A stretch of DNA of 63,072 bases, filler included, from Octopus bimaculoides (lineage: Eukaryota), in NCBI RefSeq assembly GCF_001194135.2. It is 4 parts of 4 records of this genome, joined end to end, with 100 filler letters (N's around TTAATTAATTAA, not from the genome) between each part and the next. Parts side by side here need not be neighbours in the genome. Positions count along the whole stretch, not along the records: positions 1 to 17,115 come from NC_068991.1; positions 17,216 to 38,669 come from NC_068981.1; 2 more parts are not named here. One strand, written 5' to 3'. The notes under the pieces were generated by a model. The model made no database searches and was not told the DNA's origin. It worked only from the letters and a program-made list of their open reading frames with translations. Shown in pieces: positions 12,801-24,220 of the stretch. The stretch's first letter is position 1, and the number at the start of each line of letters is the position of its first letter. A program made the position numbers and the translations under genes.

Positions 12801-12976
12801 GGAAGCAGGAATGTTTCAATGCACGATGTTTGGGGGCGGTGGGATTGATGCGTGGTAGACATAACAGATTTGAGGCAATAAGGAAGAGTAATTGAAATCT
12901 TTAATATTTGATATCCAGAAGGAAGAAGTGAGTGGTGGGAGAGTAGATTCTGCATATGTTCAGATATATATCCATA

Positions 12977-13033
<57 letters not shown>

Positions 13034-13589
13034 CTGCCTACCTATCTACCTCCGCTTTCGTGTGTATGTACGTATACAGTCGATATGAAATGCGAACGTG
13101 TTTTCGTGTGGTTTTTAGCAGCAGGGGTTTATTGGTTGTAAAAAAAAAACCTGAACACTTCATAAACTTAAAAATAACCAAAGAAAAATCAGTTTCATAC
13201 AAAAAAGGAAGTTCTACTGTCTATACCAAGTGTTACAGGGATATACGATACACGATATCGAAATCTAAATTTCCACCTTATTTCCTGTAACACTAATCTG
13301 TACAGTTATAATATCATTTACATTTGTGAACAGAAATCTCATTAGAAAGATGAATTTTTCAGTTTTGTATGAAACTGATTTCTCGCAGGTTATTTTCAGT
13401 TGATTCAAACATTCTGTGGGGTATTTATGTTCAGCTCCAAAGAAACTCAATACTAACCAAGGTTTGTGTTTGACATTAAAAAAAAGCATGCGCACTCACG
13501 CCCACAGACATACATGTGTATGTATGTATGTATGTATGTATGTATGTATGTATGTATGTATGTATATATGCATGCATGTATGTATGTAT

Positions 13590-14141
13590 ATATGTCATTA
13601 TTCCGTTTATTTCAAGATTTCTTGCCAATAGAGAAAGAACCGGTTTCTAACGCAGATCCAAGGCTCCTTCATTGGAATTTCAACTTCAACAACAGGGTAT
13701 TTTTGTATTATGTATGTATGTATGTATGTATGTATGTATGTATGTATGTATGTATGTATGTATGTATGTATGTGCAGTTTTGTGTGTTTTATGTATGTAT
13801 ATAGTTGCATATCTAGACATGCTCATATATATTTAAATGATAAACTTCTGGAAAGTTTTGCAGATTTTTACAGTTCCAGTAATGGATTGGATCTGTAGTC
13901 TTTGAATTAGCTTTCTCCTTTCTAGATTTGAGAAGCTTAATTTCTCAAGATTGGTGTTTAGGCAGTTTGTTACATATCCCAAGACCCCAATAATTACAGG
14001 TATAAACCTAAACTTGTAATCTGGATAGAGTAGCTGCAGATTTCTCAATAGTTCGGCATAGGTGTCTTCTTTTTTACTGATCTTCAGTTTTATGTTAACG
14101 TCCGCTAGGCAGCTAATTTCCACAACTGTGCACAGTTTCTC
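13590..14141 (-). mobile_element. 3' fragment of R4/Dong-clade RLE retrotransposon (subfamily 2)
   Basis: ORF 13833-14252 reads KLCTVVEISCLADVNIKLKISKKEDTYAELLRNLQLLYPDYKFRFIPVIIGVLG...TGTVKICKTFQKFII*. (ATGT)n on both flanks. Confidence 0.88.
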
Positions 14142-14210
14142 ATGTATGTATGTATGTATGTATGTATGTATGTATGTATGTATGTATGTATGTATGTATG
14201 TATGTATGCA

Positions 14211-14249
<39 letters not shown>

Positions 14250-14602
14250 CACGGAATTTTGTCAACGAACAGGTTGCGGTTTCACAGCGACGAAAATATT
14301 TTGACAAATTAAATTTGAATGTTGCAGTGATTCTAACCGTTTTGTGTGTGTGTGTATGTTCTTTTTAAATGGCTTATAAACACCTTCCACGCTGCAATTG
14401 TTTTTGTCTCAGCACACAATCTCAGATTAGGCCACTTGCTATGCAAGTACATATCCGTAATATATATATATATGTATGTATANNNNNNNNNNNNNNNNNN
14501 NNNNNNNNNNNNNNNNNNNNNNNNNNNNNNNNNNNNNNNNNNNNNNNNNNNNNNNNNNNNNNNNNNNNNNNNNNNNNNNNNNNNNNNNNNNNNNNNNNNN
14601 NN

Positions 14603-14651
<49 letters not shown>

Positions 14652-14860
14652 AATGGGGATCAAATAAATCCAGGTGAATACCTCTTTAAGCACTCTGTGG
14701 AAACATAACCCTATTAACTAAATTGTCTCCTTAGTATTACGGCAATCCGTATTTGTCGTTATATTTTCTTCTAAGAGTTACAATTAGTAAATCCGAGGTA
14801 GGACACTAATTATCTTAAGTGTATTAATCACAGAATATATTAGAAGAAAAACACGGGAAA

Positions 14861-15323
14861 TGAAGATGCATCAGCAACGATTTATTTAGCTTATACGTGT
14901 TTCGAATAGCCTGGCAAAATGCAAGCGTTGCACATTGCCGTGTGCATATTTAATTGATCATTTAAATCGCCAGAAATACAGACCAGGAGCTGTCGAGCTA
15001 TTGTTTTCAAAGCCAGAATGCTTTTGCCAAATTTTGTATTCATTGAGATAATGTGGAAACGGATTTTACAAGTAATATACACTAGACTGTGGCTTCCATT
15101 TTATTGTTCATTGCTTATTTTTTTATAGTAAAAAGAGGTTTACAAAATTTGGGAGATGCAGTTTCGGCTTTGAAAAGCATAGCTTGGTAGCTGTATTTCT
15201 GGCAATTTAATCGAATAAATAAATGATCGATTAGATATGCATAATGCAACGCGCAGCGCTTGTATTGTGCCAAGCTATCCGAAACGGCTGTAAGGTAAAT
15301 AAACCTTTGATAATGCATTTTCA
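14861..15323. repeat. Foldback: ~180-bp diverged inverted arms with ~100-bp spacer
   Basis: Paired blocks: CCAAATTTTGTA/TACAAAATTTGG; GCCAGAAATACAG/CTGTATTTCTGGC; TGCATATTTAATTGATCATTTA/TAAATGATCGATTAGATATGCA. Confidence 0.85.
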
Positions 15324-15469
15324 ACTTTCGTTTACCCTTTTTTTATTTTGAAATTTGAACAAATTTTGCCTGTTTTTCAGTCGTATGACGATGGAGAGTC
15401 AAGTAGAGAAAAAAAGAAAAGAAAAACGAACGGTTTTATCTGACAACCCAATATCATACTAGCGTGTAA

Positions 15470-15680
15470 GACGGCGAGCTGGCAGAATTGTTAGCACGCC
15501 GGGTAAAATACTATCGGCATTTGTCCCTCTTTAGGTTCTGAGTTCAAATTCCGCCGAGATTAACTTCTTATTTTATCCTTTCGGGGTCGATAAAATAAGT
15601 GCTAGTTGAGTATTGGTGCCGATGTAATCGACTTACCTCTTCACCGAAATTGCTGGCTTTGTTCTAGAATTAGAAACCAA
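15470..15680 (+). mobile_element. SINE family C
   Basis: Colinear with the other family-C copies. Confidence 0.8.
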
Positions 15681-17115
15681 TATTTCACTAATGGGAACAA
15701 TAAATATACTGTTAGTGCTTGAAAAAGGGAAAAGGGCTATATTGGGTTCCCTACCTTTTCTAGCTTTAAAGTTACAGCGCATCCAGATTGGAAGCCCTGG
15801 ATCTATTGATATTTCACACCTTTTGTTCTTTTTCGAACTTAACTTCGAACTTAATGAATTGATTTTTAAAAGTTTAGATTTATTTTTTCATTGATTCATT
15901 TTTGAAATTTTTAAATATATTTTTTACCAAGCCTAAATGAATGTGTACATTTACGAAAATCTATAGAGGTGTTATCTGTTTTCGGAATAGTTTAGTGTAT
16001 TCAGGGCAAAAGATAATCACTGTTTTGCGGAGTTATCTTTGGAGCACGGAGTTAGAACAGTTATTAGATACAGTATTTGTCGGCGTATATGGGGCGCTTT
16101 TTTTTTTATTTAAATGTATCGAAATGTTGCCCTGGGTCTAATGCATCCGTATTAAGGATTGGAAAATGTGTTTTGTACGTGGCCTTAGGGAGCCTGATAA
16201 GTATAAATCTTCCAGGCCAAATAATTGTTACTAATAATAGAATATTGAAAACAAGCTAAATTATCTCAGTCTGTTAGCATAAACTTACGAAAAGTTGCTT
16301 ACATTACACTGGCAGTTATGTAGGAAGGTCACATAATTTCATCATACTCCCTTCCCCAGTGTACATAACTCACAGCTGATATATGTCCTACATTATTTAA
16401 TGACTGTTATATTTAAGAAAACATTTTTCTAATATAATGAAAATTCTCCTTGAAAGATGATTGGAATAATGAACTTTCATCCATCGATTAGCTATTTGCA
16501 ATGAATGGATGACAACAAAATCATAGCTGAGGTGAGCCCCACTGGTGTCTGATTGCAGTAACACTAAACATTATTACCAAAAATACAAGTTTTACATCCT
16601 ATATAGCGTTTCTCTTAACCAATATATAAACAACTATACAATTGATCTGAAAGAAGATAAAGTCGAAATATGGTACTTGTATAACTTGTATACTGTATAC
16701 TTGTATACTGTATACTTGTATACTGTCGCAATGTTGTATTTACATGCGCAGAATCATATACTCCCTACCGTCTACAAAAAAACTTTAAAATATCTTTTAA
16801 ATGTATGATGAAATAGTAATTTTTTTATTTTCACAAAATATTCTTGGAAAATCAGAATGAGTCTTGTGCTGGAGTGCATCTTATACGCCGGCAAATGTGG
16901 TGGCTTACTATAAGCATCTACAGTAGCGAAGATAGAAAAAAAGATATGCACATATGTTTCTACACAATAGAACGTGAAAGGCATTCGCTGTGGGATTTTG
17001 TTACGGAAAATTTCATGCTATATATGTAAAAAGACTGAGCTTCAAAAAACGTCATCGAACTACCAGGCAAGGTACTCTGGAAGTGATCTTACCTCCTCAG
17101 TTATACATATGTATA

Positions 17116-17215
17116 NNNNNNNNNNNNNNNNNNNNNNNNNNNNNNNNNNNNNNNNNNNNTTAATTAATTAANNNNNNNNNNNNNNNNNNNNNNNNNNNNN
17201 NNNNNNNNNNNNNNN
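17116..17215. other. Artificial scaffold spacer N44-TTAATTAATTAA-N44
   Basis: Identical 100-bp construct at 38670-38769 and 57101-57200. Confidence 0.95.
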
Positions 17216-17245
17216 TAAAAATATTCATATATATATATATATATA

Positions 17246-17584
17246 ACGTTGACCACTAACGTGGACAATCAATGTGCTAGAAATAGATCACACCTTGTGT
17301 CTATTAAGACCTAAATTGTTCTCAACATGAAATATAGCGGAATACCAAAACGTAAGCGGGCAAGACATTTAAAATCACCGAAAAAAAACACATCATTAAA
17401 CAGAGACCGGTTTCGGATTTAACGAATCTTACCGATTGTCTATTCCTCTTCAGCCTGATTTGTAATGTAACCGCAATCATCAGAATCGTATACAAAGTTG
17501 CCCACCGCCATAGGTGCGCGTGTATATGGTTCTGCTAATTACAGCTTAATGGTAAAATTCAAAGTCCACGTTAGTGGTCAACGT
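17246..17584 (-). mobile_element. 339-bp element with perfect 21-bp terminal inverted repeats, TA-flanked, carrying a hammerhead ribozyme
   Basis: ACGTTGACCACTAACGTGGAC (17246-17266) and GTCCACGTTAGTGGTCAACGT (17564-17584). Confidence 0.85.
17398..17461 (-). ncRNA. Type I hammerhead ribozyme (PLE/retrozyme-type, palindromic stem III)
   Basis: Minus strand: AAATCAGG-CTGAAGA-GGA(ATAGAC AATC GGTAA GATT CGTTAAA)TCC-GAAA C CG G T C|TCTGTTT. Full CUGANGA/GAAA/GUC core and stems I, II and III. Predicted cleavage between 17405 and 17404. Confidence 0.8.
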
Positions 17585-18414
17585 TATATATAAAAATGTA
17601 CTATATATATACATAGATAGATAGATAAATAGATAGATAGATAGATTCTCATGAATTAAACATAATACATACTGTTATATGATCATGTATATCTGAAGAT
17701 GAATATGTATTTATGATAGATAAAGTAGCTTCTGGTGTGGAGTTCACACTTGAATAAGCTGTAAAATTCTGAAAAATTGTTTTACTTCACTTTCGACGCT
17801 AATGCTCTCTCGGGAGCAACAGACATCTAATCCCTTTATATGGTCATATTCTCATGGTATCCATAAAAGCAGGAGAACAGGATATTACATTAATCAAATC
17901 CATTAAAATAAATACATAACGAGATTTCTGCTTTCCTAAACGTTTCCCTTGTGTGAACAAGCTTTGCTTGAATTATCAAAATGGAATTGATGGTTTCAAT
18001 TCTGCGTGTCTGCAAGCATTTTAGGAAAACTGAGTTCGTGACCAGCATGATGATAAACGGGTAGATTTAATAATCTACCGACTTAAAAATGTTTCTGTTT
18101 CTAAATATTAATATTCTAGGTATTTTAACGCTCCGTAAACATTAAGGAACTTATCACCAGCTAGTGGTTGAGATGTACAAGTCATTTTGAAGGAGGTATC
18201 GATATCTCACCATATTGTTTCCCATATTGTTATGCGGCATAAAACGAAAAAAGGGAGAGAAAAGGATCAATTAGAAATTTCTACACTGGTCACAATATAA
18301 TAGTTCAGTGAATGAGACCGTTTTTAATAATTCCAAGAGTTAAATTATGCTAAACGTAAAGTAACAATAAAGTAAAAAGATATTAGTTCGTGATATATAT
18401 TTACTTTCAAATTC

Positions 18415-18615
18415 TCGCACAAGGCCAGCAATTTCGGACGAGTGGGTAAGTCGATTACATCAACCCCGCAAGTACTCAATTGGTCCTTATTTTATCGATC
18501 TCGAACGGATGAAAGGCAAGGTCGACCTTGACGGAATTTTTACTCCGTAAAGACGGACGAAATGCCGCTAAGCATTTCTACCGGCGTACAAGCGATTCGG
18601 CCAACTCGCCGCATT
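18415..18615 (-). mobile_element. SINE family C
   Basis: Colinear with the other family-C copies. Confidence 0.75.
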
Positions 18616-18971
18616 AGTTGATGGTGTAAATTACGACGTTTGGGGGGAAAACTCCGAATATTTAAGCTGTATTAGTGTCATTGCAAGCCGAAAGTTTATC
18701 AATGGAATCACAAAAGATTTTAAATATTCTTGTAAGGGAAAAGGAAATGTTAAAAAAATAATATATTCCATATGTACCTGCATCATCTCTACGAAATGTA
18801 AAAAGTAAGATATAATAAATTAGCCGAAAGTATTTCCCTTTTGTGACAGGAAAAGTAGTCAAATTAGGATAAGATGAAAAAATAAAATAGCTGGAGACTG
18901 GTAGCTTTTTTTATATTTGTCAAGTACGAAAGAAAGCTGAAAAAAGCTTCACTCTATAGATACCACCTTCT

Positions 18972-19192
18972 TATTTCTTTATTGTCCACAAGGGGCTAAA
19001 CATAGAGGGGACAAATAAGGGATTAAGTCGATTACATCGACCCTAGTGCGTAACTGGTACTTAGTTTATCGACCCCGAAAGGATGAAAGGCAAAGTCGAC
19101 CTCGGCAGAATTTGAACTCAGAGCGTAACGGTAGACGAAATACCGATAAGTATTTCGCCCGGCGCGCTAACGTTTCTGCCAGCTCACCGCCC
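18972..19192 (-). mobile_element. SINE family C, long-tail variant
   Basis: Highly similar to 9008-9237. Confidence 0.85.
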
Positions 19193-19450
19193 TCTGACAA
19201 ACAATGTACTTCTATATAACTAATCACGTCGAGTCTAAATGAGAGAGCTTATCAATTAAGTTTTGAAAACGAATACATTGCAGTTTCGTTCAATGAAAAC
19301 ATGTCATGTAATTTTGTTTTCATTTGGACATAATTGTTAAATATCGAAAGCAAAATGCATAATATATTTACATAAAGGTTAACGTTAATATGAGACAATC
19401 TAAAAAGACATGTCTGATCAGGACAAGTAAAACATACCTCCTGTATGCAC

Positions 19451-19493
<43 letters not shown>

Positions 19494-19617
19494 TGTCTGT
19501 GTGTGTAATAGGAGACAGAGAGAGGCAAACAGACAGAATTTTAAGAGTCTTACAATATAAACGAAAAATAAAAGTACTGAAATTGTCACAAGTGATTATT
19601 TCTGATGTCTAATAAAC

Positions 19618-19655
<38 letters not shown>

Positions 19656-20374
19656 NNNNNNNNNNNNNNNNNNNNNNNNNNNNNNNNNNNNNNNNNNNNN
19701 NNNNNNNNNNNNNNNNNNNNNNNNNNNNNNNNNNNNNNNNNNNNNNNNNNNNNNNNNNNNNNNNNNNNNNNNNNNNNNNNNNNNNNNNNNNNNNNNNNNN
19801 NNNNNNNNNNNNNNNNNNNNNNNNNNNNNNNNNNNNNNNNNNNNNNNNNNNNNNNNNNNNNNNNNNNNNNNNNNNNNNNNNNNNNNNNNNNNNNNNNNNN
19901 NNNNNNNNNNNNNNNNNNNNNNNNNNNNNNNNNNNNNNNNNNNNNNNNNNNNNNNNNNNNNNNNNNNNNNNNNNNNNNNNNNNNNNNNNNNNNNNNNNNN
20001 NNNNNNNNNNNNNNNNNNNNNNNNNNNNNNNNNNNNNNNNNNNNNNNNNNNNNNNNNNNNNNNNNNNNNNNNNNNNNNNNNNNNNNNNNNNNNNNNNNNN
20101 NNNNNNNNNNNNNNNNNNNNNNNNNNNNNNNNNNNNNNNNNNNNNNNNNNNNNNNNNNNNNNNNNNNNNNNNNNNNNNNNNNNNNNNNNNNNNNNNNNNN
20201 NNNNNNNNNNNNNNNNNNNNNNNNNNNNNNNNNNNNNNNNNNNNNNNNNNNNNNNNNNNNNNNNNNNNNNNNNNNNNNNNNNNNNNNNNNNNNNNNNNNN
20301 NNNNNNNNNNNNNNNNNNNNNNNNNNNNNNNNNNNNNNNNNNNNNNNNNNNNNNNNNNNNNNNNNNNNNNNNNN

Positions 20375-20427
<53 letters not shown>

Positions 20428-21681
20428 CATATATAGATAGATAGATAGATAGATATAATTTTTTCATATAATGTTTATACACTGACATGTCTGACATCAT
20501 ATCCTACAATAATCACCTAGTTGTATACAGTTTTAAGTGTCTAGATATACAAAAAAATGTTTGAAGTATAACTAAGTATCGTCATAAAATAATCAATTTT
20601 ATAATTCCAATTTAGTAATTAAGATTGCAACATTTTCTCGTCATGCATCGTTAGATATGTTATGAGGAATAACTAATTTCATCGACGTTGGAAAACATGA
20701 ATTTCCAGGGGTGTCAGTCCAGCAGAAAATCATTTCTCTTGAATAATTACACGAAATAATGCCTGATTTTGCTTTTGCAAGGTGAGGACTGAATATCGTT
20801 AAATGGAACTCAAGCGTTGCATTGATTTGACAGTAATTTGCTGATCACATGACGTTCCTTCACATTTTGTTAAAATCATTTACAGAATAAAAAAAATAGC
20901 CATGAAGTATTGGTTGTCACATGGCCATGGGGATTTAAGGATATTCCAATAAGTCATATTACTTTATTGATTTATCTGATATCACATCAATTTTCAATAC
21001 AAGTGAGATTTCTTTAAAAAAAAGTAATCACGTGAAATCAATATTTTTCCCCATTAATTTCGTTGTCTCTCATCAACGTGATTTGCCTCCAGTTCATTTT
21101 GTATAATTCCTATATCAAAGACAACTTACAGTATCAACCTCATCATCAATAACACCAAAACACACGCGTACACATCTCACATACACAGACAGGCAGATAT
21201 GACATGTATATATANNNNNNNNNNNNNNNNNNNNNNNNNNNNNNNNNNNNNNNNNNNNNNNNNNNNNNNNNNNNNNNNNNNNNNNNNNNNNNNNNNNNNN
21301 NNNNNNNNNNNNNNNNNNNNNNNNNNNNNNNNNNNNNNNNNNNNNNNNNNNNNNNNNNNNNNNNNNNNNNNNNTATATATATATATATGCATATATATTT
21401 TCATATATATGCCTTATATATATATACGCGTATATAGGTATGTATATACGTATATGACACTGTCAACGTTCAACAAAGCAGAATTCTGCATCTGGCATAC
21501 TTACAGCCGCTCCAAGGATGGTTTTGCTCTGCCTGCGATATAGAATGTGTTTAAAAACACAAGTCCATAAGATATTATCTTTAGAGCAAGAGTGCAGTTA
21601 CTCTGCTTTACGGGATCCATTTTCATATGTAATTTTCTGTTACGTTAAGGTTAACAGAAAAGTACTCCATCCAGTCACATG

Positions 21682-21925
21682 TGAAGGTGCATGGTTCAGT
21701 GATAAGAGCGTCGGGCTCACAATCATGATTGGACTAGGCTGTGCGTTGTGTTTTTGAGCAAGACACTTTATCTCACGCTGCTTATGTTCACTCAGCTGTA
21801 GAAATGAATTGTTACGTCACTGGTGCCAAGCTGCATCGGCTTTTGTCTTTTCCTTGGATTACATAGGTGGCGTGGAGAGAGGACGTTGCTACGCATGGGC
21901 GACTGCTGGTCATCCATATACAACC
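21682..21925 (+). mobile_element. tRNA-derived SINE, fourth family
   Basis: tRNA-like head GAAGGTGCATGGTTCAGTGATAAGAGCG followed by TTGAGCAAGACACTTTATCTCAC...CTCAGCTGTAGAAATG. Confidence 0.6.
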
Positions 21926-21978
21926 TTTGGATGTCTTTACCCTTTTACACTCTACTCTATTAAAATAAAAGGTGTTAA

Positions 21979-22057
21979 TAGTTTCTTACCATTAAGACAC
22001 GTGGTTAGCCACGTTATACAAAACTGCCCAAGCACGTGTCTTAATGGTAAGAAACTA
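21979..22057. repeat. Perfect 25-bp inverted repeat with 29-bp spacer
   Basis: TAGTTTCTTACCATTAAGACACGTG and CACGTGTCTTAATGGTAAGAAACTA. Confidence 0.9.
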
Positions 22058-22101
22058 CTAGCAGCTCATATTTTAATACAGAATACATTAAATTATATAT
22101 A

Positions 22102-23383
22102 TAAGGTTGTTCTGAAAATAATGGTCGTTCTAACTGTTGTGTTTTGAAACGCAATTTTATCATAGTACTTTAATTATATTTTAGGTGAATTTTGTCTTAC
22201 TTAATAATTAATGTATGCTTTTTAATAATTTTCTACTTATTTCGGACAGAAAACATTCTTAAAGCAAAGGCGCCCTTAATTATGAACATGACGAAAATAG
22301 GGCCTTTGTTTACTTTTCTTGCATGGGTTCAAGCTTGGGCACAATGCCTCCCAAATGCTGCCAATATCAACAGAGCATGGGGAGAGGGTTCTAGAAATGA
22401 TCGCACAGTACTAAGGTGGTTTCAGAAATTCCGTAGTGGTGATGAGAGCCTTGAAGATGAAGAAGACAGAGGACGGTCATGCAGTTTTGACAATGAACAA
22501 TTGAAAGCAAATGTTGGACAAAACCCACGTTAAATTTTCAGGAATGTCTCAGGCACATGGTGTCGGTATTGCAACGGTCTCATGCAATCTGCAGAAGATT
22601 GTTAAGGTGAAAAAAAACTCGATAAATGGGTACCGCATGAGCTCAATGAAAATCAAAAAGTTCTGTGTTTTGAAGTGTGCTTGATGCTCTTTCTGCGAAA
22701 CACCAATGATCCTTTTCTTGACCGAATAGTTACTTGAGGCAAAAAGTGGATTCTTTATGATAACTGTAGACAATCAGGTCAATGGCCTGATTGTGATGAG
22801 TCCCCTAAACATTTCTCAAAGCTAAAGTTGCATCAACAAAAGATTATGGTGACTGTTTGGCGGTCTGCAATTGGTGTTGTCCATTACAGCTTTCTGGAAG
22901 CCAATCAGAGCATTACAAGAGAGGTTAATTGCAATCAACTCGCTGAAATACATGCTCACTTGCAAAAAATGAGATTTGCATTGGTGAATCGGCGTGGTCC
23001 AATTCTGTTTCACGATAATACAAAACCACGTGTTGCAAGAATCACGCTGCAGAAACTCACAGACTTGGGAGACGAGACTTTACCACATCCGCCATATTCT
23101 CCTGATCTTTCACCCAATGACTACCATTTTTTGAGCATTTAAACACGCTTTTAAGTGATAAAACTTTCAGGTCCAAACCAGTGGTGGAATCAGCTTTCAA
23201 AGATTTCTTAGCATCAAAGCCAATAAGTTTTTATCAACGATACATAAATAATCTCGTTGATCGATGGCAGAGATGCATAGATGTTCACAGTTCATACTTT
23301 GATTAATCAAAACATTTCTATTGTTAATTTTTCCAGAATAAAAATTGTTTCTGAAATCGGCCATTATTTTCGGAACAACCTAA
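22102..23383 (+). mobile_element. Full-length (1282 bp) decayed mariner, cecropia/Hsmar1-like DD34D
   Basis: TIRs TAAGGTTGTTCTGAAAATAATGGTCG and CGGCCATTATTTTCGGAACAACCTAA with TA TSDs. Motifs RTVLRWFQKFRSGDESLEDEE, KWVPHEL, KWILYDN, HQQKIMVTVW, ALVNRRGPILFHDN, HPPYSPDLSPNDYHFL. Stops and frameshifts present. Confidence 0.95.
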
Positions 23384-23873
23384 TATATATATATATAATA
23401 TGTGTGTGTTTACAAAAACTCGACATATGCATTGTACTATTAAACATGACATTTTTGCATGGAAGTTTCTTGTTTAGTATAGTGATATGAAGATGAAAAT
23501 ATTTTACTCATGAACCGAAAATGGAATGAAAGCATCTCAGACAATTTTAAGCCGGAAATATAGTAAAGAGATCTAACGTATCTTGGAAACATCGCTCATG
23601 AAAAAATAATGGTTTACAAGCGAAGAGGCACAAAATACATAATATTTTGATATCTTACATTAGTTACTAAAGATATCGCGGATATATATGCATGTGTCGG
23701 ACAATATTTTCATATTGTTAAAAAAAACACATAGTTGTCTAAGTAAGTTTGTGAAGTGTTTTTCAGATTCAATAAAACGCTATATAGATTTTTAACCATA
23801 CATACGCAGGCGCGCGCGAACACACTCACACATTACACACACACATATATATATATATATAATGTATCGTATG

Positions 23874-23917
<44 letters not shown>

Positions 23918-24220
23918 CGTGTGTGTGTGTATAAATAAAAATGGTGAATTCCACAGTTTCTATTTGGGAATTTGGCTAACAGGGTCTTCATATGTGAAGA
24001 AAAATCGTTTTATATTAATAGCAACACAATATATCGTTGTTGTGATTGTTAACTTTTACTGACCAGATCAATGTAATTTTTGTCCAGTTCCGGCGTTACT
24101 TACATCTTATATATGAGAGTGGATTTTGTATGTATATTTAGAGTTGTGTTGCCGATATAACCATGATTTTCTGGTGATATCAAAATCAGACCTTTTTAAA
24201 TTTGCATTAATTTATGAAAC

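Noticed and set aside
12300-12960. Possible CR1/Jockey relics (also near 4620-4860 and 34060-34340)
   Set aside because: Too degenerate to support without a profile search.
21505-21532. Other microexon-like matches (21505-21532; also near 18780, 28905 and 34470)
   Set aside because: Such motifs are frequent by chance in AT-rich DNA and have no independent support.
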